A stretch of 62,169 nucleotides of DNA, filler included, from Porpidia crustulata (Eukaryota), in the NCBI GenBank assembly GCA_964255105.1. It is 10 parts of 10 records of this genome, joined end to end, with 100 filler letters (N's around TTAATTAATTAA, not from the genome) between each part and the next. Parts side by side here need not be neighbours in the genome. Positions count along the whole stretch, not along the records: positions 49,859 to 55,965 come from CAXUWE010001631.1; positions 56,066 to 62,169 come from CAXUWE010001632.1; 8 more parts are not named here. One strand, 5' to 3'. Position 1 is the first letter of the stretch; the number at the start of each line of letters is the position of its first letter. The notes under the pieces were generated by a model. The model was not told where the DNA came from, did no database searches, and saw only the letters and a list, made by a program, of their open reading frames with translations. This document shows, one piece after another, positions 49,859 to 60,926 of the stretch. The position numbers and the translations under genes are program-made.

Positions 49859-51264
49859 CTCCACTCCCCAATGAGCCCCTGCCCGCTTGCTGCCGTTCCA
49901 CCTCTGGTGTCCCATCTGCGGACCACGCCGTCCAGACCACAGGTCGTGAGGACGTGGCCCTGGCCCTGGCCGCTCGCAAATTCCACCTTCACCACCGCGT
50001 ATTCTTCGTGCGCTTCGCGGATATGTCGCCGTGCGGCGAAGCGGTGCGCGATATCGAATAGGACGACGGAGCCGTCCACGCTTCCTGCGGCTAGGAACGT
50101 AAGGGGTGGAGAGGAAAAGGACAGGGTTTCGACGGAATCGGATTGCGCTTGTAGAGAGGCAAGAATCTGGCCTGCTGTACCTGCACTGACTGCTGCTCCT
50201 CCTGTTTGTTTCCCGCCAGCTTGTCTGCCTCCTCCACTTTTATTTCTCGCGCCTCCGCCTTTCGCGGACTGAGTCGCTGAGGTACTCGAGGTAGCAGAGA
50301 GTCGAGGAAGCCCTACAATGCGAATGATTCCGTTGGCGCCGCCTATTGCTGCGAAAGCACCTGATGGGGCAATGGCCACGCTGAAGAGGCCACCTTCGAC
50401 CGCAAAGCGTTGGTCTTCGGCTGTCAGACCTACGAGTGCTTGACCCTGGCTTGAACCTGCAAGACCAGCTGCAGCGGCTTCCCCAAAGACATCCCAGACG
50501 TAAAAGCTACCATCTTCGCTTACGGTAGCCAGGAGTTTTCCATCAAGGGTCCATGCGCCGGCTGTACACGATTCGGTGTGTTTATAGTACGCCTGTAGTA
50601 CTTGCAGCGGATTCGAAGGGTCTTCATTGGGTATGATGGAGTACACCCAGACAGAACCGTCCGAGGCTCCAAAGGCAACTATATTTGGGTACATGGGGGA
50701 GGGATTCAGAGTGATGAAGTTGATCTCGGGGACTTCTTGCGATTCCGCAATGAGCGGATATGAATCGTTGGCGGATGTGGTAGAATGTATACGTAGGCGA
50801 CCATCCAGACCGCCGGTTGCGAGGTATCTACCATCTGGTAGAGTAAAGGCGAGAGCGTTTATGGAGTCGGTATGACCTGTGAGTTTTGCGATTGCGGGAA
50901 GAGAGGCGCGGGGGGTTGGCGAAGGATTCGACTCATAGGATACTGGAAAAACGGGCGAAGTTGTTTCGGCAGAAAATACATAAGCCGTATCATCGCCCGC
51001 GCCCGTGGCTATGATGTTGGAATGGAGGGGATGTTGGGCAATGCAGAAGATGGAGTCGTTGTGGGCGTCAAAGTAGGCTATCGAATCGTTTTGAAGTTGT
51101 ATTTCTTGTTCTGGCTCGTCGTCATCGTCAGGATCGGAATCCATAGGGTGATCTTGGCCGGTGGGGATTTCTTCCTCGGCCTCATCGGCATCAAGAAGAG
51201 ATGGTTCTTCATCTGGTGGTAGTTCTTCTTCGCCAGGAGGATTTGAGGAGGATTTTGAGGTCAT
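49859..51264 (-). CDS. SQT1: WD40 60S assembly factor Sqt1 (AAMP-like), 3'-truncated
   Basis: Acidic N-terminus then LQNDSIAYFDAHNDSIFCI, GHTDSINALAF, ATGGLDG and further WD repeats. Confidence 0.85.
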
Positions 51265-51584
51265 TGTGGAGCGGTATCGAATGGCGAGTTCAATAAATGC
51301 GAGATTGCTCTTAATTTTATAGATTCCTCCAAGATCTCGAATGTATCAACTGCTTAGAAATGCAGTCAACGCGACTCGGACAACTTTCGTTATTGCCAAA
51401 CTACGGAAATCACCCTTGTGTACTCTAATGGGCTCCTGAACAGTAGGCAGATCTGCAATCAAATAAGGCTGGTGGTTTCTACAGTCTTTTCAAGCCCTCA
51501 AGCTACCATGACCACACCACGTGCCTACGCTGGTAAAGCAGGGCCAGCAAATATCGCCATTACCCCTATGTGAACCCGAGGTAT

Positions 51585-53789
51585 CTACAATTTCGCTCCC
51601 TTCTTTCTCCTTGCCTCCCTCTCTTTATCCCGAAGCAAACGCCTCAAGATTTTGCCGCTAGGACTCTTGGGTATGACGTCGATGAACTCTACGCCTCCTC
51701 GTAGCCACTTATGCTTGGCCTTGTGCTGCTCAACATGCTTCTCAATACCGCGGACTAGCATGCGATCGTTCTCTTCCAAGCCCACCGAAGCCGATTTCAC
51801 AACGAACGCCTTCGGGAGCTCTCCCGCTCGATCGTCAGGTACAGGAATTACCGCCGCATCATTGACAGTAGGGTGAGTTAGTAGATGGGCTTCCAGCTCA
51901 GCGGGTGCAACTTGCATGCCCTGTTGCTGTATATAAGCATATATTTCGAGGTTTTGGGGAGTCCTAGCTACATTACCTTGACTTTAATGAGCTCCTTGAT
52001 TCGGTCAACGATGAAAACATGCTCGTTTCCGGAGGGACTCTTCCTAATAACCGCTTCGTCCCCGGTACGCATCCACCCGTCTTGGAATGTCTCCTTGTTT
52101 GCTTCATCATTGTTTAAATAGCCTAGAACAACGCTGGGACTTCGCACAACAAGCTCGCCAGGCTGATCGTAGCATGTGATCTCGTTCCCTTCAATGGAAA
52201 CCAGCTTTGCTTCACATGAAGGGAGTAGAGAGCCGGATGAACCGAACCAGATGTCATTGGCCGCACTTGCACAGACCGTAGTGGCAGTCTCGGTAAGTCC
52301 TGGAACAATGGATAAGTAGGCAGCTTCGGGAAGACTGAGAGATTCGAAGAATATACCATATCCCTGCCTAATCTTCCATGTGGGATACTGTTTCTGCAGG
52401 TCTTCCGCTGTTTCCGCGCCTAACGGTGCGGCACCTGTGAAAAGGGCGCCGACCGAGCTTAGGTCATACTTGTCACACAGCGACTTGTTCTTGCTCATTG
52501 CGATGATAATGGGTGGAACCTAGAACTCATCAGATGACTTTCAGCAAAAATCTCAATTGAGAACCTCGAGATCGTGAGCTGGGATATGGCCGCAGCTATG
52601 GTCCTCAAGCACTCACCACATAGAGCACAGTGAGCTTGAATCTTTGAATCGCATGTAAGAATTGCTGTATTTCAAATTTTGGCAGGTTGATCACCTGGTC
52701 GCCTCTATATGCAGCCGCATGACATACAACAACCAAAGAATAGATATGACTTTGCGGTAAGAGACCGAGATTAACTTCTAGGTCGGGATATTCAGCCTCC
52801 GGGCGTTTCATCGACTCTCGGTACGGAGTCTCGTAAGTACAGATTTGTAATACGTTGGCAATAACGTTTCGGTGAGATATCATAACGCCTTTCTGTAAGC
52901 AGAAGCGCAAACATTAGCCAGTCACACTAACAGTTCAGATCTTCCACAGACTGGTAATCCCTGTGGTGTGGAGTTAGCATGAAGGCATGTACATCTAATC
53001 GTTTTTGCGTACCGAAGTCCCGCTTGAGTAGCAAAGGAATGCAGTTTGCCGCGCACCCTGACCATCCTCCCATCTCAAATTTTCTAGTTGCGGCAGCGTT
53101 TCTCCATCTTTAATAAGCTGGTCCACGGTCTTCAGGTCTTCCGGAGGTGAAATGCCACCAGTAATCTCATCGGGGACGGCAAGAAGATATATATGCTTTC
53201 TGGGTATTCCACTTTTCTGCGCTGCCTCCAAGGCTGTGGGCAATAAAGGGAGACATGTGAATAAGGCCCTGGATCCAGAAGATTTGAGCTGATGCTCTAG
53301 TTCGGAGGTGGAATACGCAGCATTGGCTGGGGATGAGATTCCGGAAAGACGATGGATCTGGGATGTCCTCGAGAGTCAGCCACGGGGACCTTATTATGCC
53401 TCACAGTTGAGACGAACCGCCCACGAAAGCGTCAAAGTATCAATCTAGAGGCACAGTGTTTAGTCAGAGAATTTGCTCGATTGTATCTTGGCAACGGATT
53501 TGAACCGTACTGTATTGACGGCGAATACGCCTGCAACTTTGTCCCATTCGGTGCCTTTATTAGGCGCAAATCCGAGCTCCTGTGATAGCGACCTCGCTAG
53601 CTTGTCGACGCGATCACGCACTTCGGCAGCAGAGTATTCGGTACCTGTGATGCCGCAAGTGAAGGGAGCTTTGGAGCGATCCATCGGATGCCGTCCATAT
53701 TTCTCGTCAAGTATGAAGTCGCAAATTGGAATAGAGTCTGGTGGGTCAAAGGGCAGTTTCGGCACCCAAGATGGAGCAGTAAAGACCAT
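51585..53789 (-). CDS. Peroxisomal AMP-dependent acyl-CoA ligase (4-coumarate/phenylacetyl-CoA ligase-like), multi-exon
   Basis: YSSGTS|GLP|KG (spliced), QGYGLTE, RTGD, DRIKELIKVKG.QVAPAELE, PKSPSGKILRR and C-terminal AKL (PTS1). Confidence 0.92.
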
Positions 53790-55645
53790 GTTTGCAGCTC
53801 GCGGAGTTCTCAGCTGTAAAGCTTACAGGAAGTGTGACTCCAGGAACATGAGAAAGAGAGGGTAGCCATGCGATGAACTTCGCTAGAATGCTCCGTTGGC
53901 TCAGACCGACTCGTCCAATCTCCATCCACCTCGGCATCCTACAAGTACTCACCCCTCAATCGGTCAACCCCCTCAGCCGATCACCATACACCAAGAAGAT
54001 ACTGGACCCTAACCCTAGGTGCGATGACCGGTTGAGACGTTTGACCGAATGAGGAGTGGAGGCGAATAGCGCTGCGGGGAAAGTCCAGCTATCGTCCGGC
54101 TATCCCGGAGTCAAGGGGTTGGTTGATTGAGTTGAAGAAAATTATGCTATGTGGTTCATGATGGCCATGCTAGCCCCCAGATGAGGTGGGTTTGGGATCA
54201 GATTCAGCGAAGATATGAATACAGTCGGTATCTATACCTTACGCCTTTCACTGTCTACTGTAAAGCTTCGCTTTATAAGCGCACGAAGGCAGTCATTCTG
54301 ATTAGAGACCTCCAATTGACCATGCCCCGGAAGAGAAGTCGTATGCAAGCTAAATTCCCATCAGACACTCTGTTGGTATTCACACTCTACCATGTCCCCG
54401 GCACCCCGGTAATCAGCTCGATCGCCTATGGGAATCACGGGGGGCATGATTATTATTAGGTATTACTCTAATATCATCAATCGAATCCTTAGCGGACCCT
54501 TGTAACGCTACCTGCCATCCTTCTAAGGCTACATACTAGGCATACTAGGCGCAACTTAACTACCATGACCCTCACCACCAGATCTATTGCGAAAAAGGCA
54601 TATGCGAATGTTCAACGTAGCAATCACTCATCAGAGTTTGGGATCCGAAGACCCTTATTGACCTTTGATCACAAGACTCTGTGAGCTGATATCTCTTGTT
54701 TAACGGCTTGATTCTTCCATCAATATGCGCGCCTGCTGTGATGCCTCCCTGAGTCGAAGCTTCTGAGAGTCTCTTTCATATCATCGGGTTTTTCTATCGT
54801 TACAAAATACCTGACTCAAGTATTCTAGGGCTCTGCTTGAACATAAACTCCGGACATGAATCCCCGAAGCATATCATATTCTCGTCGGCATGCCTATCAT
54901 TCAATCGAGCTTATCCTTAAGCATTAGGTAGAGCACCACGGGAGTTTAGGCGTTGTTGCCAGAACCGATCTTTCGCCACCATCGATCGTGGACTTTTTGA
55001 TCACTTGTCGTCAAAAGGCTACGGTGAGCCAGTGCACTGTAGGTCGCGGCGACTCCCTATCAGGAGATTCCAGGCTCAATAGTATAACGGAATCCGTTAC
55101 TTCCTGCAGGAATCTCCTGAGGGCGTTTGGAATTATTGGGGTGCGAACATACCACGATTCAGACGGTTTCTCAAGCGTCTTCGATGGCAGCCGAGTCTGG
55201 TGGGTGTGTAACCAGAGATTCAAGAGTTAAGAGTACATTTCCCTTGCGACTATGTTCAACGTTCACTACCATGACCTTTTCGGACGCTCCCTGATGCTTC
55301 TTCCTTTCTACAATACTACGATATCAATCGGAAGGCCTTCCTTGTGTCATATGCTCCCTTTGCCGCTCCACAGACTCGGATCTTTTGCGGATTCAAAGAT
55401 TACAAGTCTTGTTGTTCTTTGCATCTATCTTCAGAGTTGCATTTATTGCTAGCGCTCCACCAGTATTCTATCTTAGCACACAGTGCAACCCTCATCTCGC
55501 CAGCTACGAGACTGACATACTTCTTACCATCAGACCCACAGACTATTGTTAGCACGACCGGTCATTGTCAGTCTTGACTTTTGCCTCACTTCGCGTCATC
55601 CTTTCGTTATTTTATTTAGTTCCCACTACTGACCGCTTTATCTTT

Positions 55646-55965
55646 TTAATCATCGATCGGCATTACTTGAAGGGTACAGCCCTCGCGAGCAACGGAGCTT
55701 AGGCTACGATATCGGTATTTATTCATGGCTACTGTTCTGGTATCCATGTCAAGGCACCCTAATCCGTCACTTTCTAGATTTCTGATATCCGTCGCTTCCG
55801 CATGCTTTTGCCGTAAATTGCTTGCGAGCTGTCTGAATTGGTCAATGACCGTGAGTCTGCGACCGGTAGATCGCTCGATATCAGCGTCTCCAGCGCCATC
55901 ATCTACATCGCCTTTTGCATCCTCATCTGCATCCTCCTTTGCATCCTTCGCACCTTCATCTACAC
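55646..55965 (-). CDS. Fragment of an unknown gene with an acidic low-complexity stretch, 5'-truncated
   Basis: Stop-free frame from the contig edge: VDEGAKDAKEDADEDAKGDVDDG...QFRQLASNL...PIDD*. Confidence 0.4.
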
Positions 55966-56065
55966 NNNNNNNNNNNNNNNNNNNNNNNNNNNNNNNNNNN
56001 NNNNNNNNNTTAATTAATTAANNNNNNNNNNNNNNNNNNNNNNNNNNNNNNNNNNNNNNNNNNNN
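55966..56065. other. Artificial contig linker
   Basis: N44-TTAATTAATTAA-N44. Confidence 0.98.
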
Positions 56066-56431
56066 TACCTCCTCCACGTCTTCCTCCCCACCTACCTGCC
56101 CGCCGTCTTCTTTCGCTTCCACCTCCTCACATACCACCTCTACCTCGCCATTGTCTCCCTCGAAGAAACCTTCGCCTACAGCGGGTACAATATGCTGCCC
56201 AGTGCATTCATCCTGGGCGGCATTGCGAGAAGACAAGAACGCCATCTGATGGGGGGCGGGACGGGGAATTTTGGATGCTTTGGACTGATGGATCTGGTTA
56301 TGGGGACAGGGTTGGGGGAAGACGCGATTGAGGATATCAGGGAGGAGGCGGAGGAGAAGCAGGTGGCGCAGAAAGCGAAGGGGAACGCGAGGGCTGTGGG
56401 GCGGAGGGCGAAGAAGTTGAGGGAGGACTAG
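56066..56431 (+). CDS. Fatty-acid hydroxylase/sterol desaturase superfamily protein, C-terminal fragment
   Basis: YLLHVFLPTYLPAVFFRFHLLTY..EETFAYSGY..RHL..GNFG.FGLMDLVMGT. Confidence 0.75.
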   Translation, partial: YLLHVFLPTYLPAVFFRFHLLTYHLYLAIVSLEETFAYSGYNMLPSAFILGGIARRQERHLMGGGTGNFGCFGLMDLVMGTGLGEDAIEDIREEAEEKQVAQKAKGNARAVGRRAKKLRED

Positions 56432-57032
56432 TACATTGGAGGCTTGGATACTGGACAAGGGATTGGTAGTTGTACACTGGTTTTGTGATACCCATGTTTT
56501 TATTTTTGGTTTTCTTATTTCAAACCTACTCGAATCTTTCAGGAAGAGATTGCGCAAAGAGGGAAGCAGGAGGCAGCGATGAGGGGCAGGAAGATGAAGG
56601 CTACAGTGAAAAACGAGCAAGCTTACGGCTATTTTATGACAAGGATCAATCTGGATGAGCGATTTGGTGATACCTTAGATCCTGTCTTTATCTTGTCACT
56701 TTTGTGATTCAGGCAAGTTTACCTGGATTCACAGAGCTAGTCCACATGTCGCTTATTTATGATTCGAGCTGCGCATGCAATTGTCCATAGTCGAAAGCAT
56801 CACTTTGATTCATCAGCTTCGGATCAAGACGCGAGATGATTGTAATGTGGTTTCACTGTAGAAGCTTGATACAGAAGACTTGTCGCCCATTAGGCCATAT
56901 CAGAAAGGCGATCCGCCTTCTCCAAGTACAAACAATTCTGGCCTTCGTCCGCAAGGCTCATCCTCAATCACCACTCCCCGTCTCCGCTTCGCCATCGTTC
57001 TCGTCCTCTCCCTAGCACCCCGATCCCCCAAG

Positions 57033-57900
57033 CTACCACTTCATCTCGTGTGGTCTGTCGCCCTTGCGTAAACTGAATGTACTTCGAAGGTATTCGAAGA
57101 GGTGTGGCTCTTTCTTGATATTCGCCAACAGCGACTTATCAACAGCCTTTTGATCGCTCGCGCGCACACTTGCGACCTTCTTCTTCTGCAACGGAACGCC
57201 AATTAGCCGAATTTATTTCCAACACTTCGATCTAGGATCACGAACCTCCGGCTTTTCTCCCTGCTTGAAAAATGCCTCCTCTCCACTTTTCTCTCCCTTC
57301 TTTTCTCTCGTAAAGTATCCCTCACCCCCGACCTTTCCGACCACCTTCTCATCAATCCCCTTCAGCTCCACTTTTGCGCTAGTTGCAATGACATATCGGG
57401 CGTTGACTCTCCGAAGCGGTACGCCGTTGACTTTGAAGGGACCCGTGATGAGGAGGACACCTTGGGGAAGGTGTTTGAGAAGTATGACGCGCTTGCCGCG
57501 AAAGCGACCAGCGAGGAGGATGAGGACGGTACCGGGTTGGAGAGTGGCGCGGGGTTTGGCAGGGTGGATGGACTTGCGGACCTGAGATGCCGCACTATCA
57601 GTAGGAGCTCTCTTTTTAATTTTGATGGTAGATGTGGCTGAGAAGCCAATTACGTCAACCCTGATATCAAGTTGACGGGCTTTGTTGTGAGCCCATAGAT
57701 AGCCGCTGAAGTTCAAAAAAGATTCCACCAAATATAGGGTCTAGTCGTATGACTTGTACACATACCTTTTTTGGCTTGTACTCGTCCTCTGCAGGGTAGA
57801 ACTTCTTCGCCTTTTGTGTGTGATGAGGTACTTCTCGCTCGCCCTTGCCGAACTTCTTCGTCTGGCCTGCAGGCTTACTCGAGTCCTGTTTTGCAGACAT
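57033..57900 (-). CDS. RPL6: 60S ribosomal protein L6 (eL6), 3 exons
   Basis: [40 protein letters not shown], ends GDRPHEMKW*; introns 57765-57582 and about 57246-57186. Confidence 0.96.
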
Positions 57901-57990
57901 GGCGGCTGCAGAGGAAGTATGTTGAGGTTCGTGGAAGGGCTGCCGTCGACTTGCTGCAGGCGGTTGGTCGTGGGTTCAGAGGTTGATAGA

Positions 57991-58030
57991 CGTGCCCTAA
58001 CATGATTGTGGGTGTTTTCGCTTAGCGGGA
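57991..58030. promoter_or_regulatory. Paired Tbf1-like motifs in the RPL6/RPN13 bidirectional promoter
   Basis: GCCCTAA and TTAGCG about 20 nt apart in a 239-bp divergent gap; resembles Tbf1-type ribosomal-protein promoter elements (inference). Confidence 0.35.
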
Positions 58031-58139
58031 ACTAGCCTGGATTTGGTGGGTTACATAACGTCTAGCTACAGATTCGAAGCTCTGCTAACGACTACGACTT
58101 TAAGAAAGGTTAATATTGTCTACGCAAACCTAATCCATC

Positions 58140-59651
58140 ATGTCGATATCACCCCTCATCACCTTCAAAGCCGGTATCTGTGATGTCGATGTGAGTCTCA
58201 GCTCTCGCCTTATGAACTGGGTCGCCCTTGTGTGATGGCAAGCTTTTTGAATTCTGTAATTGACACAAATCAGACAACCTTGACTCCCGCGAAAGTGGTC
58301 CCAAAATCGGAGCCTGGCTATCTCTACCTCTTCGAAGAAGATGAGCTGATGCACTTCTGCTGGCGCCCCCGATCCGCATCGCTCAGCCAGCCTCAGCTAG
58401 AGCTCATTATGGTTCCCGCCGACGGTCGATTTGTCCCATATGAGCGTAGTGAGCTGGATGCTAGCTTGAAGTCTCCCACAAATGGCAGAATTTTTGTGTT
58501 AAAATTTCAGTCCAGCAGCACTCGTCACCTCTTCTGGTTACAGTCAAAGAGTCAGCACGCACAGGGAGATCCAACGTGGTTCAGTCCTCGAGACCTGGCC
58601 ATAGGGCAGGTTGTGGATCGGCTGTTACAAGGAGACGAGGTCAATGTGCAAGAGGAGTTTGCGAACGTAAATGGCGAAACAGGGGGCCAAGATCGTGACG
58701 ATGATCAAATGGAAGATGTGAGGCCTGGGGGAGGTGATGTTCGGGGAAACATTGCTAGCGGAGATCCATTTATGGGTAATCCTGAGGAGGAGGGAGAAGG
58801 ACCCAGAGAGGGAGGCGCAGATGGAGGGCGAGCGTAGGTGTTTAGTTTCAAGTTCCCCGCATTGTTTCAAGACACGACTCCAGGGAATTTTCCCAAAGAA
58901 AGGGCTAGAGGCGTTATGGATTATAAAAAGGCGTATGGTGGATTTAATATCCGCTTGAGGTAGATTATTCTGAGGGGAATACATAACTTTGGCGTTATGC
59001 GAACGCCTTCAAGTGTCCTAAATGTGTGCTTGAAGAATTGTGAAGGTTGAACCTGAACATGGCTAACGATTGCGCAGCAGTGCAGCCATGCCCTCGAACG
59101 ACGCCACAGCAGCCGTCCAGAACTTCCTCCGGTCGATGCAGGGCAGCCAGGCGCTGGCTAACCCACAAGCTCAATCACAGCCGAAGCCTTTCACCACCCT
59201 ACCTGACCTCCTTCCTCCTTCAACAACGATCCCGATGGTTGAATCCCTCCCCCCATCCTCCATCAATTCCCTCCTGTCCTACCTTCCCCCCACCCTCCTT
59301 CTCTTAAGTCAAGAGGCCGACGATGCATCTTCGGTCGACCCAACCCCTGAGACCGCAGCTGCCGCCCTCGAAACTCTAAGCCTAGACCAAAAGAAAGATA
59401 TCCTAAGAAAGGTGCTCCGCTCGCCACAATTCAGTCAGAGCCTGGGAAGTTTGACGCAGGCACTAAGAGATGGTGGATTGCCGAGCATTAGTGATGCCCT
59501 GGGGGTGAAGGTGGAGAACGGGGGTTTTGTGAGGAGAGGAGGTGTGCCTGTGGGAGGTGGAGAGGCTGTTGAGGCTTTTCTGAAGGGTGTGAAGGAAAGT
59601 GTAGAAGAGAGAGATAAGACGAGTGAAGATCAGACAATGCAGTTGGACTAA
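58140..59651 (+). CDS. RPN13: Proteasome ubiquitin receptor Rpn13/ADRM1, 3 exons
   Basis: ITFKAG, GYLYL..LMHFCWRPR, NGRIFVLKFQSS..HLFWLQ (Pru domain); LRSPQFSQSL (UCH-binding); introns 58191-58273 and 58834 to 59077/59080. Confidence 0.92.
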
Positions 59652-60068
59652 TAAAAGATGATGGGTAACTTCATAGAGGGATACTTGCATTGCGACGTGG
59701 CGTTCTGAAAGTTGGTACGCTCACGCAGTTACAAAAATCACCATGACACCATGACCGCCCACGAATTTTCGTTTTCGCCCATGTCAGAACCATGATTGGG
59801 ATTTTATTCGCTTCTGTAGACAAAGGGTTAGTACTTGGTACTTCTGGCCGTGTCGTACTAAATGCTCAGCGTAGAACAATAAAACTGTAGCAACGGAAGC
59901 AGTCGTATCACGCAGTCACGCAGTCAACTTATCGAGCATTGGTGCTAGGCTGATTATGGTAATAGAATTAAGCGAGCAATCTGCACCTTAGCGAAGCGCA
60001 CCAAGATTTACAGATTTACGGGCCAGCGAGACCATACTCTTCGGTTATTCTCCACAACAAAGGCCAAT

Positions 60069-60926
60069 ATGAGGTACATACACACCCAGGAGTCGCTGAC
60101 AATCCCTGAGAATGGTGAGCTGCTCCCGGCTAGTTTTTACCTGGAGTTACGACCTCGATCTGAAAATTGGGCTTCTTGCAGAAGAGTAGTTGCTGACAGC
60201 TTCGCAGTCAAGATCCACATCAAATCAAGAGTCGTCACCGTAGAGGGTCCACGAGGTCAGCTACAAATCGAAGAGGCGACCTAATCTTTCTGACATCTGC
60301 TAGGCAAGCTGGTGAAAGACATGTCACATCTTTCCGTTTGCTTCTCCAACCCGTCCAAGAACCTCGTCAACATCGAACTTCACCATGGCGCGCGAAAGAA
60401 TGTTGCTACACTACGGACGGTCAAGACCATCATCAACAACTTGATAATTGGAGTCGTGAAGGGATTCAAATACAAGATGCGCTACGTCTACGCCCATTTC
60501 CCCATCAACGTCAATATTGAAAAGAACTCCGAGACTGGTCTGTTCGAGGTTGATATTCGGTATGCATGAATTATGGGCGCTCCATGTGTTCTACGAGCAG
60601 CGGAATATTGATGGACTGACTTGGCGTGACCAATACAGCAACTTCATTGGTGAAAAGATTGTCCGAAAAGTCACTATGAGACAAGGTGTGGACGTGGAAA
60701 TATCAAAGAACCAAAAGGACGAGCTCCAACTTTCAGGAAATTCGCTAGAGGATGTTTCACAAAGTGCAGCCGACATTCAACAGGTCTGCCGAGTCAGGAA
60801 TAAGGATATCCGAAAGGCATGTTCAATTATTCGCCCGATGACAATCAAAAATGCTAATTTGGGACACCCGTGTAGTTTTTGGACGGACTGTATGTGTCGG
60901 AGAGAGGCAATATCGAGGATGCGTGA
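60069..60926 (+). CDS. RPL9: 60S ribosomal protein L9 (uL6), 5 exons
   Basis: [45 protein letters not shown]; last intron is GC-AG 60817-60875. Confidence 0.96.

Noticed and set aside
24984..53789. P450, acyl-CoA oxidase, SDR and CoA ligase as a secondary-metabolite or peroxisomal cluster
   Set aside because: They lie on different size-sorted contigs, and no PKS, NRPS or terpene synthase core gene is present
54006..54020. CCCTAACCCTAG as a telomerase RNA template or telomere
   Set aside because: Two repeat units only, in the CoA-ligase promoter region; no pseudoknot or CR4/5 elements recognised
57582..57731. Alternative N-terminus of RPL6 suggested by ORF 57213..57731
   Set aside because: Open frame within intron 1; the true first exon is 57900-57766
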